Virus record (IMG/VR): IMGVR_UViG_3300009159_008629
Location: 10,273-74,272 of that record
From: a virus
DNA: 64,000 nucleotides
Strand: one strand, 5' to 3'
Under the pieces are notes generated by a model. That model had not been told where the DNA came from, ran no database searches, and saw only the letters and a list, made by a program, of their open reading frames with translations. The first letter of the stretch is position 1. The number at the start of each line of letters is the position of its first letter. The position numbers and the translations under genes were made by a program. Shown piece by piece: positions 54,243-62,260 of this stretch.

Positions 54243-56050
54243 GATTTTTTTTTCTTATTGTGGTTGAACCTGTAGAACAAGTAATTTTCCAACCCGACGT
54301 GACCGGGGAAAAACTTTATCTTCGTCATGGTTTTCCTCGCCACGTAATTGAAACTCAGTTGGTCTCTCTTCGATCCGTTTTTTATCTCGTCCCACCAAGC
54401 CTCGTTGAAATCTATGATTTTCGGAGAATGGCGCCTCAGAATGACGGTGCACTCCGCAAGACCGACATTGGATGGGTATCCCTCGCTCGTATACCTTCTC
54501 ATCTGTTTCCTTATGGTATTTTCGTCATCAAGCTTCCTCTGGATGCACACGTTGGCTTCCTCATACAGGCAGTTTCTGTCCGGATGCTTGAATACAGCAA
54601 TGTCGCAATCCTGAAGGTATATGTCCACCAGCCTTTTGACGCTGAAAGGAAAGGATATATTCACGGATCCGTCCACCCAAAGGGTGTATTCTTTCTCTGG
54701 GAAGAACCTGTGCGACAGAACCTTGTGTATCTTGGCGTTCCTGTTAGGGTCGCCGAACTCATCATGCATCCTTCTGAAATCCCATGTTTTGCTGGCTTCC
54801 TTCTCCTCCAGGAAAGCGACATACTCGACTCCGTCTCCGTGCCTCTTCTGTTCCTTGAGTTTGTCGTAATTGTTCGTCACGTTCGATATGGCAGTGTAGA
54901 CCGCTATATCGGCTGGATTCGAATTGATTTCGTTTCCATCTTTCGGCTTGTTGTCGATGTAGCCGCGAAGGATGTTCGACCTTACCCATTTGTTCTGGAA
55001 TATGGCTTTGTTCTTGTTGAAATTCGCTACCGCGTTGCTGTGACCTCCAGAATGGTATATGGCGGAGTCCGGAGTGAATACTATTTTCCGACCAAGAGCC
55101 TTGATCTTCATGCAGAGGTCGGCATCCTCCCAATACCCGATCTCATAGGCTGTGTCGAAACCCCCGACCTGCTTGAACGTTTCTTTCTCTATCATGAAGC
55201 ACGCCCCGGTCACCATCTCCACCTCCCTCCTCGTGAGCATTTCCTTCGGGGCGTTCTGAAGGCTGAATGCTCTGTCTATCCTTTTTCCCTGGTATATGTG
55301 CTTGCCTGTGTGGAGGAAGGAAAGGGTTTTCCAGTCCCACTCCGAGCCACAGGAGTCTATGACTTCGTTATCTCTCAGATGGAGGTTTCCTACTATACCC
55401 ACGTTTTCCATATTCCTGAAGCATTCCTCCATTGGCTTTATCCACCCATCCTTGACTGTGGTGTCGGCGTTCAGGAAGATGAGATACTTGCCCCTGGCGA
55501 ACTTAGCCCCAAGGTTGCAGGCATTGGAGAACCCACCGTTCCTTCCTCCCACGAGAATTATCCTTCCTATTTTTTCTTTCAGGCTGTCCTTCCTCGCGCT
55601 CCATGACTTGACTATCTCGAGGTGCGACTTTTGCGGGCAGCAGTCATCGACATAGATTATCTCTTTGCTTATGCCGTCATCGATCTGCCATCCCTCTATC
55701 TGCTTCCTGACGTAGTCCCTGCTCTTGTAGCAAGGAACTATGATCGACACGTCTATGTCTTGCTGGCTGTCTGATTCGAACCATTCCGGGGTCTTGAACT
55801 CCTTGTACGGCGGAGCCTGGTAAGATTTCGCAAATATTTGACCCATCCTTATGGGATGGTTGTTGAACTTGTTCCTTGTCTTTCCAAGGACTATGTTTTT
55901 TTGATTGGGATTTACCCTGTTTCCCATGGCTTTTATGTTTTCGGAATTGATGGAAAAAGGTTGCGCGTTTTTGCTTCTGGACAAAGACTGCTTTATCTTC
56001 TTTTCCATTTCCGTTTTTTCTTTCGTCTTTCTGTGATGCTCGTTTTGCAT
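54239..56050 (-). CDS. GT2 plus DUF616 (TOD1/MUCI70-like) glycosyltransferase fusion
   Basis: SIIVPCY, VDD, GFSNACNLG, FLNAD, TGACF, GGFD, WEDADL; then VYTAI..YD, KVLSH, WVDG, HPDRNCLYEE, RDQLSFNY. Confidence 0.88.
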   Translation of the reverse strand: MQNEHHRKTKEKTEMEKKIKQSLSRSKNAQPFSINSENIKAMGNRVNPNQKNIVLGKTRNKFNNHPIRMGQIFAKSYQAPPYKEFKTPEWFESDSQQDIDVSIIVPCYKSRDYVRKQIEGWQIDDGISKEIIYVDDCCPQKSHLEIVKSWSARKDSLKEKIGRIILVGGRNGGFSNACNLGAKFARGKYLIFLNADTTVKDGWIKPMEECFRNMENVGIVGNLHLRDNEVIDSCGSEWDWKTLSFLHTGKHIYQGKRIDRAFSLQNAPKEMLTRREVEMVTGACFMIEKETFKQVGGFDTAYEIGYWEDADLCMKIKALGRKIVFTPDSAIYHSGGHSNAVANFNKNKAIFQNKWVRSNILRGYIDNKPKDGNEINSNPADIAVYTAISNVTNNYDKLKEQKRHGDGVEYVAFLEEKEASKTWDFRRMHDEFGDPNRNAKIHKVLSHRFFPEKEYTLWVDGSVNISFPFSVKRLVDIYLQDCDIAVFKHPDRNCLYEEANVCIQRKLDDENTIRKQMRRYTSEGYPSNVGLAECTVILRRHSPKIIDFNEAWWDEIKNGSKRDQLSFNYVARKTMTKIKFFPGHVGLENYLFYRFNHNKKKKS

Positions 56051-56052
56051 TT

Positions 56053-56382
56053 TTATCCTTGCGGCGCGCCGCCTTGGAACGGCACGTTGGCGCCATCTTC
56101 GCCCCCGCTTGCCATCCCCGGTCTAGTCTGGCTCGACCTGATTGCCTTCTGCGCCGATATCATTGCATTGCTGTGGGCTTTGTTGATGCTGTCCATAGCC
56201 ACGTTCCAAAGGGAAGTGTCGGATTTGAGGGTGTCGTACAGTTGCTTCAGCGCGGCATTGACGGCTTCGTTGTTCTTGTCGTTCACCGGCGGAACCCCGG
56301 GAACTGGATTGCTTGGAACAGTTTGCCCGGAAATCAAGTCTTCCATGATTTTCGCCCATTCCGAGAATTTCTTAAGTGACAT
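56053..56382 (-). CDS. Small protein with capsid-targeting-like N-terminus
   Basis: MSLKKFSEWAKIMED. Confidence 0.65.
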   Translation of the reverse strand: MSLKKFSEWAKIMEDLISGQTVPSNPVPGVPPVNDKNNEAVNAALKQLYDTLKSDTSLWNVAMDSINKAHSNAMISAQKAIRSSQTRPGMASGGEDGANVPFQGGAPQG

Positions 56383-56392
56383 TTTCCCGCCT

Positions 56393-56668
56393 TCAGATTA
56401 TTTTCTTGTTCTTGCCGACTTCTATCTTGTTCTTTTTGGCGTTGTTTCGGTCTTCCGCCTCCTGGATCTTCTTGTGCCAGGTCGCTATCTTGTCCTCCGA
56501 AACCCCGAGCAGGGAAGAAAGACCGGACGTGTTGTGCAGCATCCCCTTGAACTTCTCCCAGAAATCCCCGTCAGCCTCAAGACCTTTCTCTATGGCCAAG
56601 ACAGCCTTGTCCTCCTCAACCCTCGAGTTCCTTTCCATGTTTTCCATAAGCTTGCAGAAAGAAACCAT
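56393..56668 (-). CDS. Small protein with capsid-targeting-like N-terminus
   Basis: MVSFCKLMENME; TAATG coupling. Confidence 0.65.
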   Translation of the reverse strand: MVSFCKLMENMERNSRVEEDKAVLAIEKGLEADGDFWEKFKGMLHNTSGLSSLLGVSEDKIATWHKKIQEAEDRNNAKKNKIEVGKNKKII

Positions 56669-56895
56669 TATCGTCCTTTTTTTGAATAGTATTTTTTATT
56701 TTTTATTTCTTTGGGCTTGAACATCTTGTTCGGATCTATGTCCGGCTCTTTGACCGCGGGCATCTGGTCAGTCGAGCTCTTGCTCCTGATTCCTATGTCC
56801 GTGTTGTCCCCGGTCAATCCGGGAACTATGCCTGCCGGCTGTTCCGTGTCCAGAGCCTCGCCGTAAATCCAGTCTTTGAATGATGGCATGTCCAT
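56668..56895 (-). CDS. Small protein with capsid-targeting-like N-terminus
   Basis: MDMPSFKDWIYGEA; TAGATA 4 nt upstream. Confidence 0.65.
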   Translation of the reverse strand: MDMPSFKDWIYGEALDTEQPAGIVPGLTGDNTDIGIRSKSSTDQMPAVKEPDIDPNKMFKPKEIKNKKYYSKKGR

Positions 56896-56898
56896 GAC

Positions 56899-57123
56899 CT
56901 ATCTATCGGTCTTCGGCTTCATTTTGGATCGGCATTTGGCGTCGACGAACGGGTTTTTTATCTGCATGGAAAGCTGTTCGCTCTCAAGTATTGAACTCAA
57001 CTCGTCCTCGTGGTGTTCGCCGCAATGCCAGAAATCATTTTTCCTGGCGTAGCCGCCGCTTATTTTGTCCTTACGAACGCATTTGCGGGCTTCTTTTTCG
57101 CAGTCTTCGAATTGGCACTTCAT
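56899..57123 (-). CDS. Small zinc-finger protein
   Basis: CQFEDC...CGEHH; SD GAGGTG; exact TATAAATA upstream at 57173-57166. Confidence 0.6.
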   Translation of the reverse strand: MKCQFEDCEKEARKCVRKDKISGGYARKNDFWHCGEHHEDELSSILESEQLSMQIKNPFVDAKCRSKMKPKTDR

Positions 57124-57130
57124 GTTCACC

Positions 57131-57847
57131 TCAATAGTTTTTCCAGATGTACTCCAGCTTCATCTTATTTATACCGGGGAACATTTTTCTCCTCAGGTTC
57201 CATGTCGGGAAGTAGGTTTTGTACATTTTGTGGTCGGAACAGCTCACCAGCACCTTGCCGCAGAAGTTCGAAAGCATGCTGGACATCTTCGTGTACTGCT
57301 GCTCCTTGAGGTTCTTCGGAAGGTCGCAGTACATGATCGCGTCGTAGTGGTTGAACTTCCCGATGATCTCCAGCGGGTCCTTGTTCATGATGAATGTCTC
57401 CTGGAGCCTGACCCTGAGCAGCATGATTTCCTTCGCTATCTTCTTCCAGTCTATCTTCTTGTTCGAGAACATCTTCTTCTCCTCGCCCTTGCTGAGCTTC
57501 CTCAGGACGAACTCGTTGATGGCTTTCTCGAGGTAGTCCTCGTACTTCTTGTCCTTGTTCGCGAAGAACTTCTGGAAAGTCTCGTTGTTGCACTTTATCG
57601 AGTTGAGCCTTCTCGAGAAATCCTTGTTCTCGTCCCGTATAGCCCTGTGTATCTGCGTCATGCCCTCGTCCGTGTCGTTTATGACCTCTATCCTCGACTT
57701 CTCCTTGTGCAGCAACACGTTGATGTTCCCGCAGAACGCATCGACATATATGAGCGAAGGGTAGTCTTCCGGGAGTTCGTCGATGATCCACTCGACAAGG
57801 TAATCGTTGTCCCTCGAGGGCTTAAGTAGCGACTTGTTTATTTTCAT
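57131..57847 (-). CDS. Dam (D12-class) methyltransferase homolog with degenerate catalytic motifs
   Basis: YVDAFCGNINV, EVINDTD, IMNKDPLEII, YCDLPK in place of YxDPPY. Confidence 0.72.
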   Translation of the reverse strand: MKINKSLLKPSRDNDYLVEWIIDELPEDYPSLIYVDAFCGNINVLLHKEKSRIEVINDTDEGMTQIHRAIRDENKDFSRRLNSIKCNNETFQKFFANKDKKYEDYLEKAINEFVLRKLSKGEEKKMFSNKKIDWKKIAKEIMLLRVRLQETFIMNKDPLEIIGKFNHYDAIMYCDLPKNLKEQQYTKMSSMLSNFCGKVLVSCSDHKMYKTYFPTWNLRRKMFPGINKMKLEYIWKNY

Positions 57848-58037
57848 CTTTCTCTTTCGGCTGCGAGTGTATCGTCCTTTCACACTTGCTGCAAATGTAA
57901 TCGAAAGGACCATATCCTTGCCTTTCCGCGTCATAAAACCATCCGACCTTGTGCTTGCTATCGTGGCACCCGACACATATCACGCGCACGCGCTTGTTGT
58001 CGTCATCGCCGTCTATGTAGAAGTAGCAGTTTTCCAT
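57822..58037 (-). CDS. Small zinc-finger protein
   Basis: CVGC...CSKC. Confidence 0.6.
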   Translation of the reverse strand: MENCYFYIDGDDDNKRVRVICVGCHDSKHKVGWFYDAERQGYGPFDYICSKCERTIHSQPKEKDENKQVAT

Positions 58038-58058
58038 GACATAATAGAGAACAAGACC

Positions 58059-58086
58059 AAAAAAAAAGCCCCCGACCGGGGGCTTT
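58059..58086 (-). terminator. Intrinsic terminator
   Basis: AAAGCCCCCG-GT-CGGGGGC followed by a T-run on the minus strand. Confidence 0.85.
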
Positions 58087-58109
58087 GGATTCAAAATCCT
58101 TTATTCGCC

Positions 58110-58412
58110 TCAGTTCCTGGACCTATTCCAGAACCTGAACGGGCGGCATTTGCCGTTCTCGTCGGCTTTCCCCTCCCCGGGAACAAGTTCGTTCTTCTTG
58201 TCGGGAGCCGGCTTCTCCGGTTCGGTCTTCTTGTCTTTCTTCTCGTCTCCCGGCTTGGCTTCCCAACCCGGCTCCTTGGATTTCCAGCCATCGTCGCCTT
58301 CCTTGAAGGGGAGCAAATTGGCTATAAAACCTGGATCTGTCTTTTGTATATATATTATCGAGTCGGTAAGTGCCAGCAACACTATGATACCGTATAGGAA
58401 ACTCCTGTCCAT
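58110..58412 (-). CDS. Small membrane-anchored protein
   Basis: N-terminal hydrophobic helix, charged Pro/Lys tail; SD GGAGGT. Confidence 0.65.
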   Translation of the reverse strand: MDRSFLYGIIVLLALTDSIIYIQKTDPGFIANLLPFKEGDDGWKSKEPGWEAKPGDEKKDKKTEPEKPAPDKKNELVPGEGKADENGKCRPFRFWNRSRN

Positions 58413-58433
58413 GATACCTCCAAAGGATAAAAA

Positions 58434-59258
58434 ATGAAAAGCCTTATGTTGTTCCTTCTGCCTTTCCTCGTATTTAGTGTCCAGCCAGACAAAAAACTAC
58501 ACGATAAAAGTTTGTATCCGACAGTCAAGATAAGCTACGAGAAATCATCCTGCGACTGCGACGACTGCAAAAAGACACCGGGTCAGGCTGTGGCAAGCGG
58601 TTTCATAGTCAAATCATGGAAACACCCGTCGAAAACCATAGGCGACAGGTTCCTCAACGCGGTCGTCACGGCATCGCACAACGTCGAGAACGTGTCCTCG
58701 TCCGTAAACGTAAGCGTCGGGACCTACGAGAAATGGTCCCGCCTCAAGGATTTCCAGGTTTATCAAGCCATGGTGTACGGCGTCAGTCCTTCCCGCGACA
58801 TGGCCGTCCTCGTGTTCCTTTCCGACCGAGCCATGCCGTGCGTGGACATGGACATGGACGGGGACGTTTATTTCGGGACCAACGTATTCAAGATAGGATA
58901 CGGTCTGGGCGACGACGTCCGCATGGATGACGGGCAGATAACTTCCGTCGAGACCAGGCAGCCGCAGAAGCTCAAGGGCTTCATGAGGAGCAATTGCTAC
59001 ACAATATTCGGCGATTCCGGCGGTCCGCTTTTCACGAGGGAGAACCACAAGGTGATAGGCATAACCAGCTCCATAAGGGGCTCCGAAAGCCTGTTCCTCA
59101 ACAACCAATCGTACTTCAGTCCAATTAATTGGCTTAAATCTTGGGACGACGACACCAAAGGATCGCTTTCGTTCATATATAAGGAAAGCAAAACGCCACA
59201 GACGCTGATATACCAGCTGTGGCTCAGGGAATTCGAAATAAAGGGAACAAGACAATGA
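58434..59258 (+). CDS. Exported trypsin-like (S1) serine protease
   Basis: Signal peptide; ASGF, VTASH, DMA, GDSGGPL. Confidence 0.88.
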   Translation: MKSLMLFLLPFLVFSVQPDKKLHDKSLYPTVKISYEKSSCDCDDCKKTPGQAVASGFIVKSWKHPSKTIGDRFLNAVVTASHNVENVSSSVNVSVGTYEKWSRLKDFQVYQAMVYGVSPSRDMAVLVFLSDRAMPCVDMDMDGDVYFGTNVFKIGYGLGDDVRMDDGQITSVETRQPQKLKGFMRSNCYTIFGDSGGPLFTRENHKVIGITSSIRGSESLFLNNQSYFSPINWLKSWDDDTKGSLSFIYKESKTPQTLIYQLWLREFEIKGTRQ

Positions 59259-60745
59259 TAAACTACAGGGATTTCTCTTCACGAGACAGAACCATGAAAC
59301 TTGCCGAGCAATGCTTCGTCATCATGGAACGCAACGACATATGCACGGAAAACTTCGTCGAGTGGCTTTTCGCGATCGGGATCAACTCCGAAGACGTCGT
59401 CGCCGAATCATCCTCGTGGCTCGAAATCGAGATGAGCCTCAACGAGGCTGGTTTCGCCTACAACATGGGGGCTGGGTTGAGGAAAGCCGGGCAGACCGTG
59501 GCTGGCATGGCTCAGAGAGCCGGTCAGGCTATAGGCTCCGGGATACAGAACGTGAGAACCGCCATGACCCCTCAGCCGAACCCGCAACCGAATCCCGCGA
59601 TGGCGGAACTGGCACAGCAACCAGAGCAGAGCATTCACGGACTGAGCGTGAAGGTGAAGAAGTCCCTCGAGGACCTCTTCAAGAGGGGTTCAAGGGGAGG
59701 CATACTCGGAAGCAAGGACGTGCAGGACGCCCTCAGCGGCTTGATACAAAAGCTCAACCAGTACGAGGCTCAGCTCAAGGTCGCCCAGCCCAAGGTAGCC
59801 CAGCCAGCCCAACCGGCTCGCCCCGCCCCATTCTCTCCCGGACTGCCATTGGATCCGGCTGCAGCCGAGGCGCAAAGGAGGGCTGCGGACAGCAAAGCCA
59901 GGGCTTCCGCCGGACCAGACGTCGGCTCCGCGGAATGGGGCTCCGTCAACCATATCGGGAAAAGACTGACGGAGACCAGGATCCGCGAGTTCTGCGAACT
60001 TTTGCACGAATCGGGCGTGGACCCGTCCAAGTTCGTCGACTGGTACATATCCGAGGGATCCTACCTTAACGAGAGCGAGGGCATCTCGGCTGGGCTGAGC
60101 GGGATTTGGGGCGGTCTTGGGTCCATGGCTAAAAGGGCTTTCGGAGGAGGAGACGGCTCGTGGGGGGACGCATTCCAGAGCGGATACAGATCTTCCAGTT
60201 CCGACAAATACCGCCAATACGACTTGAAGTCCATAGACGCAGCCGTCAAGGACCTGAACCAGCTCTCGCAATACCTCGGAGGCACGGAACTGGAGAATTT
60301 GAGCAACGACATAGAATCCCTGTCCACCATGCTCGTGAACTCGAAAACGCCGGCTGCCGAGCAACCGGAGCAGCCGGAACAAGGATCGGAGGAAGGAGGA
60401 GTCGAGGTTCCCGATGAGGAAGCGAAGCCGGGTATGGACATGGGTGCGCTCGGGGCGTACGCAAAGGAGCAGCACCAGAAGAAACCGGTCGCTCAGAAAG
60501 CCCTGGACAGGCTACAGTCGGCAATATACGGCAAGGCTGGAGACGGGAGCGACGGGGATTTCAGCGGTTTCAGCAAGCCAGCGGAAGCCAAGGACTATTT
60601 CATGAAGCACTTCTCGAAGAAGGCGGCGGACCACCTTCACTTCGCGAAATTCCTCAGAATGTTCACGCACAAGGAACAGGACGCCAACGAGTCGGTGATG
60701 GCGAGATTGTTCGAGAAAAAGATCAAGTCCGGCTGGTTTTTCTAG
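59255..60745 (+). CDS. Large Gly/Ala/Gln-rich protein with internal duplication, probable internal head protein
   Basis: Repeat units CFVIMERNDICTENFVEW...LNE and FCELLHESGVDPSKFVDW...LNE; several LxE sites. Confidence 0.7.
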   Translation: MINYRDFSSRDRTMKLAEQCFVIMERNDICTENFVEWLFAIGINSEDVVAESSSWLEIEMSLNEAGFAYNMGAGLRKAGQTVAGMAQRAGQAIGSGIQNVRTAMTPQPNPQPNPAMAELAQQPEQSIHGLSVKVKKSLEDLFKRGSRGGILGSKDVQDALSGLIQKLNQYEAQLKVAQPKVAQPAQPARPAPFSPGLPLDPAAAEAQRRAADSKARASAGPDVGSAEWGSVNHIGKRLTETRIREFCELLHESGVDPSKFVDWYISEGSYLNESEGISAGLSGIWGGLGSMAKRAFGGGDGSWGDAFQSGYRSSSSDKYRQYDLKSIDAAVKDLNQLSQYLGGTELENLSNDIESLSTMLVNSKTPAAEQPEQPEQGSEEGGVEVPDEEAKPGMDMGALGAYAKEQHQKKPVAQKALDRLQSAIYGKAGDGSDGDFSGFSKPAEAKDYFMKHFSKKAADHLHFAKFLRMFTHKEQDANESVMARLFEKKIKSGWFF

Positions 60746-60755
60746 AACTGCAACC

Positions 60756-60834
60756 GGTTTGGCGGCTCGGTACTCCTCAGAAGTGAAATCACCCCCCTTT
60801 ATTACGGGAGCATCTAAAAGCAGCCGCCAATCCC
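60756..60834 (-). ncRNA. Candidate structured RNA element between convergent genes
   Basis: Three nested stems whose G-U pairs form only on the minus strand; no U-tract. Confidence 0.35.
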
Positions 60835-60841
60835 GATTGGA

Positions 60842-61147
60842 TCAAATGTATCCGTTTTTCTTCGCTTCGTTCAACTCTTCGACCGAAATCTTCCTGTTCA
60901 AAAATTCCGATACGGACTGAAGGAAATGCCTCACTATGTCCATCTTGACGCTTTGCATGAACTTCGGACCCATCTTGCGAGCCTCGAATATGTCTGCGAC
61001 CTCGACGGACCAGTCGAGAAGCTCGCCGTCTATGAACACGCCTTGCTTCACGCTTCCGTTCTTCCCGGGATGCATTCTCATCTCGAACCGCTTCTTCCCT
61101 TCCGGAATCGGTTTATTTATTTCCATTTCCCCAGAATTTTCTTTCAT
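60842..61147 (-). CDS. Hypothetical protein
   Basis: Plausible ORF filling the gap. Confidence 0.65.
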   Translation of the reverse strand: MKENSGEMEINKPIPEGKKRFEMRMHPGKNGSVKQGVFIDGELLDWSVEVADIFEARKMGPKFMQSVKMDIVRHFLQSVSEFLNRKISVEELNEAKKNGYI

Positions 61148-61175
61148 ACAACGCACCCTTATACATAAATAAGTT

Positions 61176-61712
61176 ATGGGGTTTCATGATTTCGTAAAAA
61201 TTGAAGAATCTACGGCAATCGAACTTTATAAGAGTACAGTTGAGGCATTTCCCGGGACGGGAAAAAGACAGAATTCCACGGACATGATAAGGATAGCCGA
61301 AATGGGGTGGATACCGTTCGTGGGCATGAAAACCTTGTATGTCAAGGGTCTGGCGAAGAACATGGAAAACCAGAACGAGTACAAGGCAAGCGTCCTTTTC
61401 AAGGGGGTGAAGTACCTAGAGTCGAAAAGCCGAACCTCGGTGGAGTTGTTGGCAAGCGACACGAACAAATACCTTCTGGAGAGGATAAGCCTGTGGTCGA
61501 GCGAGATTCTGGTCAGGTGCGAATGTCCCGACTTCAATTGGAGATTCAACTTCTACGACCATGTGGACAAGAGCCTGTACGGGAGGAAAAGAAGAAAGTA
61601 TGAATCGAAAGGAATCGGAAGAGTGGCGAACGCGAGCAAGTCCGAAGGGATGTGCAAGCACCTGATCAAAATGATCAGGGCGATAGGAGACTCTAAAATC
61701 ATGGAGGTATGA
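61176..61712 (+). CDS. SWIM-type zinc-finger protein
   Basis: VRCECPDF...MCKHL; TAAATA 4 nt upstream; CTS-like MGFHDFVKIEE. Confidence 0.72.
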   Translation: MGFHDFVKIEESTAIELYKSTVEAFPGTGKRQNSTDMIRIAEMGWIPFVGMKTLYVKGLAKNMENQNEYKASVLFKGVKYLESKSRTSVELLASDTNKYLLERISLWSSEILVRCECPDFNWRFNFYDHVDKSLYGRKRRKYESKGIGRVANASKSEGMCKHLIKMIRAIGDSKIMEV

Positions 61713-62260
61713 TGAAAAACAATTTCCAGTCTTTCATAGACGAGATTTCCGGGTTGGACGGCTTATCCGTAATACAGAGCGAATCCGAGCCTACGACCTG
61801 GGTTTTGTTCTCGTGCGACTCCGAGCATTCGGTGGCGTTCATGACTGCACTCGTCGACGAGATATCGAACGACAGCATAGTCAAGATGATGCCGATGACG
61901 CATCCCATCGACCAGGAAAAGACGGCTTACCAGCTTGTCTTCCATGACCAGAAGGAAAAGCAAATCAAGATATTCTCGGCGAAGATAAGGAAATACGTCG
62001 AACTGAGCAAGATGCCGAAATACGACAGCTCCGGCATACCGGACCTTTCGCTGGTCACCATAAAGCAGATCTCGAAGGAACTGAAGAGAAGGAAGAACCT
62101 CACCTTCGCCTTCGTGTGGATGGAAGACAACAGCAAGGACAACATATCGATAGAGGGGAACGGAAACCCGACTCATCTGGTCGGTCTGCTGGCAAGGGGT
62201 CTGCACATGGCTATAGAGTGGTCCGACAAGCACCTCAAGTTCAAGGACAAGGACGATTAA
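61709..62260 (+). CDS. Hypothetical protein
   Basis: ATGA coupling; SD GGAGGT. Confidence 0.7.
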   Translation: MMKNNFQSFIDEISGLDGLSVIQSESEPTTWVLFSCDSEHSVAFMTALVDEISNDSIVKMMPMTHPIDQEKTAYQLVFHDQKEKQIKIFSAKIRKYVELSKMPKYDSSGIPDLSLVTIKQISKELKRRKNLTFAFVWMEDNSKDNISIEGNGNPTHLVGLLARGLHMAIEWSDKHLKFKDKDD

